Shown here: positions 29,001-36,995 of the stretch, piece after piece | Layout: each line of letters begins with the position of its first letter | Position numbering within the stretch: the first letter of the stretch is position 1 | Origin: an uncultured virus (IMG/VR IMGVR_UViG_3300005937_000013) | Lineage: Duplodnaviria > Heunggongvirae > Uroviricota > Caudoviricetes | IMG/VR virus record: IMGVR_UViG_3300005937_000013 | Direction: 5' to 3' (one strand) | Length of the DNA: 64,000 nucleotides | The notes under the pieces: generated by a model | Told to the model about the DNA's origin: nothing | The model's input: the letters and a program-made list of their open reading frames with translations, nothing else | Databases searched by the model: none | Position numbers and translations under genes: made by a program

Positions 29001-29763
29001 CGTACCCCATCTTCCTGAACGCTGCAGCAAGAGCATCGTTCGGGGTGATCATCTCGCGGATGAGCCGGTTGAGCGAGGTGGTGGCCTCGGACGCACTCAG
29101 ACCCGAGAGGGTCATGGTGGCGATGGCGGCACCGACCTCCTCGATGGAGATTCCCGCGGCTGCTGCTCCCGCGTTGACCTGACCGAGCTCGTGGGCCAGC
29201 TCCTCGAAGGTGATGACACCAAGCTCTACCGTCCTGAACAGCACGTCCGAGACGTAGGAGGCATCCTCGGCTTCCAGGCCGTAGGCGTTGAGCACACCCA
29301 CGATGGTGCGGGCGGCTGTCTCGGTGTCGGTGAGACCAGCAGAGGCAGCCGTGGCTGACGCCTCGAGGACGTTGAGAGCGTCGGCACCCTGGAACCCCGA
29401 GGACACGATCTGGTAGAGGCCCTCCGCCAGGGTGGTGGCACTCTGGGGAAGCCGGGTTGACATCTCCAGTACAGCGTTCGACATTGCCTGGAACTGAGGC
29501 TCGCCAAGACGGAGGATCGTGTTGACGTTTCGCATGGCACCCTCGAACTTGACCGCGGCAACGACCGCGGCTCCGAGGGCTACTGCTGCTGCCACCGCAA
29601 CAGACTGGAGAGCGAGCCTAAGACCCGCCATGACCTTGGAACCACGGGTACCCATCCCCGTGACCGACGTGTCAAACTGACGGATGGCACCCGCGGCAGC
29701 TCCCAGGGTACGGGCTAGACCCGCGTCCCTACCCGAGAGAATGACCGCGATGTTCCGCGTCAT
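26053..29763 (-). CDS. Tape measure protein (TP901 family)
   Basis: 1236 aa Ala-rich helical; FEGAMRNV...LAEGLYQIVSSG...; C-terminal FGERATGGEAFIP. Confidence 0.93.
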   Translation of the reverse strand: MTRNIAVILSGRDAGLARTLGAAAGAIRQFDTSVTGMGTRGSKVMAGLRLALQSVAVAAAVALGAAVVAAVKFEGAMRNVNTILRLGEPQFQAMSNAVLEMSTRLPQSATTLAEGLYQIVSSGFQGADALNVLEASATAASAGLTDTETAARTIVGVLNAYGLEAEDASYVSDVLFRTVELGVITFEELAHELGQVNAGAAAAGISIEEVGAAIATMTLSGLSASEATTSLNRLIREMITPNDALAAAFRKMGYESGLAAIQERGLHGVMEDLRVVTGGSIEMLARLFPEIRAARGAFALMTDAGQVYNRVFEAMNDRTDNLGATQAAFQEQMKGLGKQFQVFKNQITAVGIEIGAALIPKLRDAMSWVQRVGPQVGEGLANAWQAAQPAVRAIGDAISNVISVLKQLAQAVGPVLKTMAGMTFAVAIAGLTALATALGAVAGFLADHPALVLAVAAAYGAVLVGRLLSAAAAFIQLQAGLLAVRGGLLALAAGNAIGWLMGLTASLGFLGSALKALVTGNFGAALTNLGTGIRGIGTALAAIGPTLAGAAVVGGFIALTTAMQNSQQKAKELVSTLKGQFDMDTLAGLRGFVDASKEKLAGLDEEWSNMIGTTNMWSTGARQLFENLSPLPNKIQENKDATKALRAEMEAAQQRQLMWQHDIDTLSNTLGISAGEVENWLNKLEDYDPEDTAQTTGMLADQIRLMALEAANASPQAVTLADAIETMGDPTSTAAERIEDLNATIESLIGTVLGAFDALTGWGQAMDDLNAAVKENGFNLDYQSEAGRKVREAFSGAAAAAIEHAQAVTDETGSVAEGVDVLKQHREELINQVAGYVGSREAAEQYVNQLGLTPESISTLVQLAGVEKAIFSAEQMQETLRLVNLAKVNPQVSINSELFDNDAAKIGEVLAQIGLANPEATVYLDGKPFQATAEQVQAWALLYEASDPKAQALLDIIDPENKFDTLQAAAAGWDAVTAEATATVNNNDAMLKIAASKDAMFNWDASSGTADANADNSDAIAKIGDSKDRLADWNASRGTGRALGNNADALSKIRAAKDRLFNWDVSKGTSDVNANDNASSIIRQVQGLLAGLHDKTITITTRHLQEIHTADLARARPGRYGMLRMQEGGMTAGFADSPTVLFGERATGGEAFIPRFGNPNRSKMVLSQAAAWYGMQVIPTSDVPKSNINDMRTIVTVNVSAKSIMDGKTLVNAVKDTIGTELADHDRRLLRSLKSR

Positions 29764-30829
29764 AGCGTGTCGTCACCACCCATACCTGGCGCCTTCCTGA
29801 GAGCCTCCTCGTGACGCTTCTGCTGTTCGATCGGATCTTTGTCGGGATCGTACCAGTCGTCGGCATCCTCGTCGAGTTGGTCGAAGGGGATGAGCGTCAC
29901 GAACGTCCCCCGGGCCTTCTTCGGGATGCTCTCCTGTACCCGCTCGATCTCGTCGCACCCGTAGCAGTGTCGCATGACCGCGGCCAGGATGGGATCCGCC
30001 AGTGGGATGCCGTCGTCTCCCACCCAGTCCTCGGCCAGGGTGCCGCACTTGGGACACGCCTCGCGCATCACCATCTCGTACGCCACTGCCTTGTCTCGAT
30101 CCAGCTGGTTCCACTTCTGCGGTCCACCTAGGAAGTGCGAGTGTGAGATACCGTGTTTCTGGCAGATCGACATCTCCTCACGGAAACGAGGATCTGCCTT
30201 TAGACGTTTCCCAGATCTTGGATCTTGCGGATCCCCTGGTTGACGTTCGATGCTGCCTGACAGATGTCACCAATCTCTCCGGCAGCCCAGAACCCGTCCT
30301 CCTTCATCTCGTCCATGAAGTCTCGGGTAAGCGGCTCCTCCATGACGGGAGATAGCCCCTGATCGAGCCGCTTCTCAGGGTCGAACGGGGGCATGGCCGC
30401 GGAGATCTTCCCGTCCTCGTCCTCCACGTACAGGTAGTAGATACAGTGGGTGGCAAGCTCGGGGAGGAACGTCTCGTAGTTGTAGGCCAGTGCCTGGACG
30501 CCCATCCGCTTGGCTTCCTTGCGCTGGTCATCGGTCGGAGGGAACTTCGAGACGAGCTCGTCGTACTGCTTGGGCGGAAGGGACCGTGCTCGGAACCAGA
30601 TCAGGTGCGGAGCTAGGTCAGCCTTGGCCTGCTCGACCTTCTCCTTGAGGTCGTCAACCTCGATCTCAGCCTCAACTCCGGACCGTCGTCCGACCCGGAG
30701 CTGAGCCTGAGCAAGCTGTACCGTCGCCTCGTTGAGCTTGTCCTTGTAAGACGTGTCCTCGGGGATCGAGAAGTCGAAGTAGATCGGCTTCTTACGGCTA
30801 CGTAGGTGATCTAGCGGACGCTTGGGCAT
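29760..30829 (-). CDS. Tail assembly chaperone pair: gpG-like 30200-30829 and a -1 frameshift extension to 29760
   Basis: Slippery G GGA AAC (30206-30212) just before the TAA; -1 frame reads GKRLKADPRFREEMSICQKH into the 29760-30173 ORF. Confidence 0.88.
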
Positions 30830-30870
30830 CGCCTGTCTCCTTGTCTAGTGGAGGTTGTCTGGGGTGAGAA

Positions 30871-31347
30871 CTAGGCGGCGCAGGTAGCGTCGAACGTGGG
30901 CGGGTCCGTCGGTGTGAACCGAGCTCCCCACCGGGCGGGGTCGTTGCCCATCGAGTACTCGCGGTATGGACCGGTCGAGATGACCTTCCAGACCTCGCAC
31001 TTGTCCGCCGCTGCCGGGTTGGCGCCTGCCGTGCCCTTGTAGAACAGAACCACGTGCCCCGTCGTGCCCTTTGCCAGGGTCGACTGCAGGGTGTTGACCG
31101 TGTCGTCCTCGTAGAACACCAGCTGGGGCTCCTGGGCCGTGTCCTCACCGGGGATGGTGGTGGTGAAGGTCGTGCTCAGGTCCGGGGTCGCGATGGGGGA
31201 GTTCGAGAACTCGAAGCCCGAGATGTCCGCGATCTGCTGGGTCATGTTGACGCCCGAGTTGATCTGGGCTGCTGAGGGCGAGGTGAGCGAACCGAGGGTG
31301 ACAACCCAGTACGCCTTGCTCTTGCCTCGCCGGAAGAACCTCGACAT
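30871..31347 (-). CDS. Major tail (tube) protein
   Basis: PSAAQINSG...ISGF...ATPDL...TIPGE; upstream of the chaperones. Confidence 0.82.
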   Translation of the reverse strand: MSRFFRRGKSKAYWVVTLGSLTSPSAAQINSGVNMTQQIADISGFEFSNSPIATPDLSTTFTTTIPGEDTAQEPQLVFYEDDTVNTLQSTLAKGTTGHVVLFYKGTAGANPAAADKCEVWKVISTGPYREYSMGNDPARWGARFTPTDPPTFDATCAA

Positions 31348-31350
31348 GAA

Positions 31351-31593
31351 CTACTCCTCCGGAGTGGTGTCGTCTGGTGCTGTCTCGTCCTCTGGCGAGG
31401 TGGCTGCTTCGACTGTCTCGGCGGTGGCTTCCGCCTCTGCGTCTAGGTTCACGAACCCGCGTCGCTGCCACACGCCATCGTACGCTTCCTGCGTAACGAG
31501 GCCAACGTAGAGCGCGTCATCAGGCTCGTCGGGATCTGGGGTGTGGTCCACCTGATCGGGGTGGTAGATCCGCACCCAACCTGCCTCAGGCAT
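31351..31593 (-). CDS. Small hypothetical structural-region protein
   Basis: Co-oriented, acidic. Confidence 0.5.
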   Translation of the reverse strand: MPEAGWVRIYHPDQVDHTPDPDEPDDALYVGLVTQEAYDGVWQRRGFVNLDAEAEATAETVEAATSPEDETAPDDTTPEE

Positions 31594-32041
31594 ATGCCTG
31601 CACCTCCAGGTAGTAGAGGTCGACGCCGGACCACAGACCGGCCGTGGCGGTCAGGGCTCCTGCCTGACCAAGCCTTCGGTCTATGACCTTCATCGATCCT
31701 CCGGCACTTATCGGGTTGACAAACGACCCAGAGGCCGTTCTCTCTAGGATCATCCGTCGGACTCGGTCCGCCATGATCCCAGCACTGTCGTCTGTCCTCC
31801 CTACGGAGGTGATCTGGTACGCGATGCTACCACCCGAGTCGGGGTGGGCAAGATCCCCGTAGACAAGAAAGGTCGGGAACGGGTAGATCACCGCGTACGG
31901 GTACACTAGCTGGTTGTCAACGATCTGGGCGTCTCGGGGAGCCTCACCCACCTCGACCTTGTAGTCGATCCCCAGGGCGTTGCGGAGCATGTCGTGGAGG
32001 CCCACCGTGACCGGGGTTAGCTCGAGGACGTGACCCGCCAT
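31586..32041 (-). CDS. Tail terminator (DUF3168-like)
   Basis: YPYAVIY...YQITSVG; synteny. Confidence 0.7.
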   Translation of the reverse strand: MAGHVLELTPVTVGLHDMLRNALGIDYKVEVGEAPRDAQIVDNQLVYPYAVIYPFPTFLVYGDLAHPDSGGSIAYQITSVGRTDDSAGIMADRVRRMILERTASGSFVNPISAGGSMKVIDRRLGQAGALTATAGLWSGVDLYYLEVQAYA

Positions 32042-32418
32042 CAGATCCCCCTCGTGGCGACGACCATCATGTTCCGCACGTACATGGTCTCGACCACGTC
32101 GGCAGCGGGCCGCACGTGAGGCTGTGGAGCCTGTTGGTAGTACCGACCTAGGGTGTCCTGGCCGAAGAACCCGAGCTCAAGCCGCCGACCATAGGGTGCG
32201 TCGGTGGTCACCACCCGCTGGTTCCCATCTCTCTCGATGTGCCAGGAGTCCCGGTAGTTCCCGGTCCGGAACGGGGCTGCTGCCTTGATCATCGCGAGGA
32301 GGATACCAGCGTGTACCTCGGTGGCTGACTCGACCTCCTTGTCGAGGACCGCGGCCTTGGCGATGAACCGACCTGACAGCTCCCTGGCTCCCACCACGAT
32401 GAAGCGAAATCCGATCAT
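32041..32418 (-). CDS. HK97 gp10-like neck protein
   Basis: APFRTGNYRDSW...APYGRRLELG...PQPHVRPA. Confidence 0.8.
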   Translation of the reverse strand: MIGFRFIVVGARELSGRFIAKAAVLDKEVESATEVHAGILLAMIKAAAPFRTGNYRDSWHIERDGNQRVVTTDAPYGRRLELGFFGQDTLGRYYQQAPQPHVRPAADVVETMYVRNMMVVATRGI

Positions 32419-32834
32419 GGCCGGTCCGTGTACCTCTCTCGAAGCTCACAGCGAGCCTTCTCGAACAGGTTGAACGTGGAGTGCAGGCACTCCTCGACCC
32501 GGAGCCACTTCCCCACCAGGCCCTCGTCGTGGGAGCAGGCCGTGATCTTCACCTGGTCACCGACCACGATGGCGGGTGAGCCGCCCGGGATGCTCAGGTC
32601 GTAGAACCCGATCACCCGGGGCTGTCCACCCGCGAACTCGGAGAGGTTGCGGTAGGTCGGCTTGAGCTTACAGGCGAAGCTCCCTACCAGGACGCGTCCT
32701 CCGGTCGTGACCACCCCCGTCACGGGATTGGTGAAGTCGTCGGTGGCACCCTCCACGTCCCGGTAGATCTCACACGTGTCGATGAGCAGCAGCTCGTCGA
32801 GTCTTGGTCGGAGTCCGGTCAGGTCAAGTGGCAC
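32415..32834 (-). CDS. Head-to-tail stopper (DUF6093-like)
   Basis: LIDTCEIYR...NPVTG...VGDQVKIT; synteny. Confidence 0.7.
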   Translation of the reverse strand: MPLDLTGLRPRLDELLLIDTCEIYRDVEGATDDFTNPVTGVVTTGGRVLVGSFACKLKPTYRNLSEFAGGQPRVIGFYDLSIPGGSPAIVVGDQVKITACSHDEGLVGKWLRVEECLHSTFNLFEKARCELRERYTDRP

Positions 32835-33129
32835 GGGGTACCACCATGTCCATCAGCGCCTTGATCGCGGACTCCGCCACGCCTGTCCCCAGATCCGCAC
32901 CCTCCAGCATCTTCTTGTCGAGAGCTACCCGGTCGACATTGACGAGGAAGTCGAGAACGATGGCCTCCGGCACGATGTCCGAGGCGGGGTACGTCTCGAG
33001 TACCACGTCAAAGGTGTTGGACCCCTCGACCGGCTTCATCCAGACCACACGAGAACCCTGCTCGAGGTACTCGTTGATCTCCTGCTCGGTGATGAGCCCA
33101 AAGAAGTGCTGACGGACGGCCTCCATCAC
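32824..33129 (-). CDS. Hypothetical protein
   Basis: Coupled ORF in the head-tail region. Confidence 0.5.
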   Translation of the reverse strand: MMEAVRQHFFGLITEQEINEYLEQGSRVVWMKPVEGSNTFDVVLETYPASDIVPEAIVLDFLVNVDRVALDKKMLEGADLGTGVAESAIKALMDMVVPRAT

Positions 33130-33464
33130 AGAGACACCGCTGCGTAGGTCACCCCCGTCACGTTGTCCACACCCACCCCGATGAGGCCACCGGAGTCCGC
33201 GAGGTCGTTGGGGAGCCTGACCAGGCGCAGGCCGCTGGTAGGTAGGGCGATGGAGATGTTGGGCACCACCGCGCCGTACACGTCCTTGGAGGTCGGGGTG
33301 TCCACCAGGAGGTTGCGGGCCGCGCCCGAGGTGTTGTTGACGAGCAACGCGAGACCAGGGGATCCCGCCTGGATGGTGTCTGAGGTGGACGTGGTACCCG
33401 ACGGGGTCGCCATCGTGATCGCCTGTGGCGGGATGGTCGTACCATAGATCGGAAGCAGGGCCAC
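33126..33464 (-). CDS. Putative small virion protein
   Basis: Beta-rich, G/T/S-rich; RBS GGAGG. Confidence 0.55.
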   Translation of the reverse strand: MALLPIYGTTIPPQAITMATPSGTTSTSDTIQAGSPGLALLVNNTSGAARNLLVDTPTSKDVYGAVVPNISIALPTSGLRLVRLPNDLADSGGLIGVGVDNVTGVTYAAVSL

Positions 33465-33473
33465 GAGGGCCTC

Positions 33474-33821
33474 CTATCGGTCTTGACCCGCCCGCTCGAG
33501 CGGGTATGCCCTGAACATGGTCAGTCCACCGCCTGGTGGTATCGTGTCCGAACTGTCTGGATAGGCCGAGAGCTCGTACAGCCGACGCCTGATGGCATCG
33601 ATGTTTGCCGCAGTGCTCTGCCCGTACTCACCCGAGACCTGGAAGCTCGCAGGCGAGGCGAGGATGACAGCTAGCCGGCTTGACCAGACGTGTCGGATGA
33701 CCCCGACGAGGCCACCACGGAGCGCGTAGATGTCATCGAGCTCCGAGTCGTCGGGGCCACCCCACGCCTCTGGGGCTAGCTCCCCGTAGAGCAGGTCAAG
33801 TTGACTCTGACTGAGCGCCAC
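33474..33821 (-). CDS. Putative head-to-tail adaptor
   Basis: Position after the capsid; helical 115 aa. Confidence 0.55.
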   Translation of the reverse strand: MALSQSQLDLLYGELAPEAWGGPDDSELDDIYALRGGLVGVIRHVWSSRLAVILASPASFQVSGEYGQSTAANIDAIRRRLYELSAYPDSSDTIPPGGGLTMFRAYPLERAGQDR

Positions 33822-34311
33822 TGGTCGACTTGCGGGCTCGGCTAGCCGGCTTGGGAGCTGCCTGGTCCGGCGCGTTCACGTTGCCGGCCTTGTTGCTGTC
33901 GTTGAACAGGTCCGCCATGGCCTGCTTGCCCTCGTCGAACGCCTCGGCCTCCTCGTCCTCGTCGAGGTCAAGGTCGGTCGCGACCTGTTCCCTGAACTCG
34001 GCGGCCTTGACCGCTGCGGCGATCTGGGAAGCATCCCAGTCGTCCCCGTACTCGACCTCCCGCTCGTCCGCGACCCCCTTGACCACCTGGTAGACCGCGT
34101 CGTCATACAGGTTGGATCCGGCCGCGTCCATCGGGTCCTCACACCAGGAGTCCTCGATGTACTCCTCTGCCCAGGAGGGAACCTCATCTCCCGGCTGGAG
34201 CACGACCTGCGGAAGTGGCTGGACACCGGGCTCACCCCGGCGCAGCTTCTCCACATGGTCCTCGTCTCGATCGTCGACGAGGGTGACCTCTCGACGAAGT
34301 ACCTTCGCCAT
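33796..34311 (-). CDS. Capsid-adjacent hypothetical protein
   Basis: LQPGDEVPSWA motif seen in post-capsid actinophage ORFs. Confidence 0.55.
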   Translation of the reverse strand: MAKVLRREVTLVDDRDEDHVEKLRRGEPGVQPLPQVVLQPGDEVPSWAEEYIEDSWCEDPMDAAGSNLYDDAVYQVVKGVADEREVEYGDDWDASQIAAAVKAAEFREQVATDLDLDEDEEAEAFDEGKQAMADLFNDSNKAGNVNAPDQAAPKPASRARKSTSGAQSEST

Positions 34312-34323
34312 GTTGTCCTCCGA

Positions 34324-35403
34324 TCAGGCCACGTCGGCCGTGAAGATGAGCTCGGGGTTGATGATGGCCGGGAGAGCCACCGCCGTCGCGAGCGTGAACG
34401 TCTGCACCGGGTTGTCATTCTGCAGGTTGAGGCAGACCACACCAGGGGCATCCTGCCGCACGATGAGCTGGCGCTCCAGGAGCCGCACGGCCTCGGCGGT
34501 GACACCGTAGAACGTGTTGCCCATGGGCTCGCCCACCGGGGGCAGGAGCACTACCTTGTCGGTGGGAATGACGGGAGTGAGGGTCCCGTTCACCCTGACG
34601 CTCACGTCGTAGAACGGATCACCCGACGGATCTGCACCCAGCCCGTTGAGGGGCGGGATGCCGAACTCCGAGAACACCTGCCCGATGGTGGCCAGGTTGA
34701 CCCGGTTGGGAGCCGTGGACGCACCCGCCTGGGCATACGCACGGACCTCGTTATTCACCGCCAGGGCGGGGAACAGGGTACGGGACATCAGGATGCCCCG
34801 GGGCATGACGCCCGTGTCCGTCTTGTACAGCTCAAGCCAAGTGAGCAGGTTGGTGATCGGGGTAGCCGTGGCCGCGTTGGCGGTGGTCCACTGGGCCGCG
34901 CCCGCGAGGACCGGCTTGTGGCCAGCAGCCACGCCGAAGTCCACGGAGACGTTGACCCCGTTCTCGTTGAGGGTCAGGATGCCGTCGGTCAGGACGTCAC
35001 CCCGGGCGAGTTCGATCCTGCCCTGGACAGCTCGCACCATCCGCTCGGCATCGTCGAAGATCGCGTCGATGATCGGGTTGGTGACACCCGTCTGCATAGC
35101 CCGGAGACGGAGTGACTCCTCCTCGGTCAGGGCAATCTGCCGTGACACCGGAGGGATCTCTCCCCGCTTCCGAACGATGCCGGGCCGCCCGGTCATCGGG
35201 GGCTGGGTGTCCCACGCCCGGTACTCAGCGACGTCCACGTCGGTCAGACCACCGGAGCGGATCCGAAACTCGACGTCGTCGACAAGTCGGTTGGGGAACA
35301 CCTGGTCGAGCACGAACCGTGCTCGGAGTGTCTCGTCGTTGAACGCCCTCACGTAGTCGGTGAGTTCGGCCGGGTCGACGAGATCGGTGATCATCTGTGC
35401 CAC
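34324..35403 (-). CDS. Major capsid protein (HK97 fold, phage capsid E-like)
   Basis: AEYRAWD...EIPPVS...RIELARGDVLTDG...VDFG...ALPAI; follows scaffold and decoration genes. Confidence 0.88.
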   Translation of the reverse strand: MAQMITDLVDPAELTDYVRAFNDETLRARFVLDQVFPNRLVDDVEFRIRSGGLTDVDVAEYRAWDTQPPMTGRPGIVRKRGEIPPVSRQIALTEEESLRLRAMQTGVTNPIIDAIFDDAERMVRAVQGRIELARGDVLTDGILTLNENGVNVSVDFGVAAGHKPVLAGAAQWTTANAATATPITNLLTWLELYKTDTGVMPRGILMSRTLFPALAVNNEVRAYAQAGASTAPNRVNLATIGQVFSEFGIPPLNGLGADPSGDPFYDVSVRVNGTLTPVIPTDKVVLLPPVGEPMGNTFYGVTAEAVRLLERQLIVRQDAPGVVCLNLQNDNPVQTFTLATAVALPAIINPELIFTADVA

Positions 35404-35471
35404 CTATCACGCCTCCTGTTCGCAGGTGACTAGGAACTGTCGTCGTTCCAGCTTCACGCTGGTATCGGCCA

Positions 35472-35909
35472 TCACTCGAAGCGAATGAGGGCGTGCTGTC
35501 CGTCGGTGAGGGCGGACGTCGGACCCATGTCGACCTTGGCGGCCGCGTCGAGTCCATGGTTGGCGGGGAGACGGGTCTCTCGGATCGTCCCTCGCCAGAA
35601 CAGGTTGGCAACGGCCTTGTTGGAGGCCGGAACCGGGTTCATGTCGACCGCGGAGCCCAGGAACCCACGAGCATCCTGGCGACCGTCAAGGGCACCAGAG
35701 GCGTAGATCCCGTAGAGACCGGTGGCCGTGATCTTGCCGATCACCAGGCCCGACGGCAGGAAGCCGTTGGGGTAGTGCGTGGCAAGCGTGAAGGTGGTCA
35801 GGTCGAGGGTGATCGACTGCATGTCGTCATAACCCTCTCGCCGGCGAATCCAAGACCGGTCGTCGGCCTGGAACGCCTGCTCCGTGACGAACTGAAGTGC
35901 GAAGCCCAT
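35472..35909 (-). CDS. Head decoration protein
   Basis: HYPNGFLPSG...GLYGIY...DGRQ..GFL. Confidence 0.75.
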   Translation of the reverse strand: MGFALQFVTEQAFQADDRSWIRRREGYDDMQSITLDLTTFTLATHYPNGFLPSGLVIGKITATGLYGIYASGALDGRQDARGFLGSAVDMNPVPASNKAVANLFWRGTIRETRLPANHGLDAAAKVDMGPTSALTDGQHALIRFE

Positions 35910-36628
35910 TACACGCTCCTACGTGTTCCGTCGATCTCCGCATGAGCTGGCACCGGGTCGGTACTCAGCCGCCGCCCGAGACGTTCACGGAGCCGGGCGT
36001 TTGCCCGGTCCTTGGACGACTCCCCACCCTGTGAGGTAGGAGGTTGTCCGCCTCGGGTTGCAGTGTCTGTCGGCCCTCGGCCGTTGCCGCCTACGGCGAC
36101 GAACATCTGGGGATACACGGACTTGAACTGCTCGGCACCAGCTACCACCGCGGCAACCCGAGCACCGTCATCCATCCCCGACGTGAACTGGAACTGGACC
36201 ATGGGAGCGTACTGCTTGGCGACCTGCCGAGGCATCCCTAGGTCCATGAGCGCGTCTGTTGCCAGAGCATCACGGATGATCCCATATGCCTCCTGGCGAA
36301 CTCGCTGAGCTTCCTGGCGAGCCTCCTCGGACTTGAGGAGCTTCTGCTCTGCCTCGGGGAGCGCCGCTGCTGCCCGGTCCTTCTGCTCCTTGACGAACGC
36401 GGCGGCCTCGTCCAGGGTCATCCCGAGCTTCTCGGCCACGTCCCGCTCCACCGATGCCCGACCCTCAGCCTTCTCGCGAGCTCCGAACGACTGAGCCCAC
36501 TGGTTGAGCTGGTTGAGCTTGTCGAGGTCCGCTCCGCCGGTGGGTGGCGGTGGGGGAGGCGGCTGCCCCTGCCCCGTCGGGGGAGGTGTCGGAGGAGGTG
36601 GCTGTCCCTGTCCCTGCGGATCACTCAT
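35909..36628 (-). CDS. Capsid scaffolding protein
   Basis: Pro-rich N-terminus, coiled coil, YPQMF...GG C-terminus; position. Confidence 0.75.
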   Translation of the reverse strand: MSDPQGQGQPPPPTPPPTGQGQPPPPPPPTGGADLDKLNQLNQWAQSFGAREKAEGRASVERDVAEKLGMTLDEAAAFVKEQKDRAAAALPEAEQKLLKSEEARQEAQRVRQEAYGIIRDALATDALMDLGMPRQVAKQYAPMVQFQFTSGMDDGARVAAVVAGAEQFKSVYPQMFVAVGGNGRGPTDTATRGGQPPTSQGGESSKDRANARLRERLGRRLSTDPVPAHAEIDGTRRSV

Positions 36629-36677
36629 CTGTCTTCCTCCGAGAGAGGTCGGGTATTGGTGGCGGAGTGTAGCACGG

Positions 36678-36995
36678 TCACGTGATCTGCACCGTGTCCA
36701 CGCGCTCGACGGCCTGCTCAGCCCCTCCGGTGACCCTCGACCACAGCTGCCACTTGCCTACGGCCAGGTCAACGGGGCTGTCGCCTATGATGGGGGTGAC
36801 GGCCACACGGGTGTACCCCTTGGCCGTGCCCGTGGGGTCCCCGTCCCATGACCCAGGGATCCAGGTGGTGGGGCGGGCCTCGGCGTCGGCCTTGTCGGTG
36901 AAGGCGCACTCGACCGTGTAGGCGGTGGGGTCCTCCTCTGTATCCACGTCGAAGTGCAGCTTCTCCCTGGACTCACGCTCGAGCTTCACGCCCAC
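36678..36995 (-). CDS. Small Ig-like virion protein
   Basis: W..GSW...LAVGKWQLWSRV. Confidence 0.55.
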   Translation of the reverse strand: MGVKLERESREKLHFDVDTEEDPTAYTVECAFTDKADAEARPTTWIPGSWDGDPTGTAKGYTRVAVTPIIGDSPVDLAVGKWQLWSRVTGGAEQAVERVDTVQIT

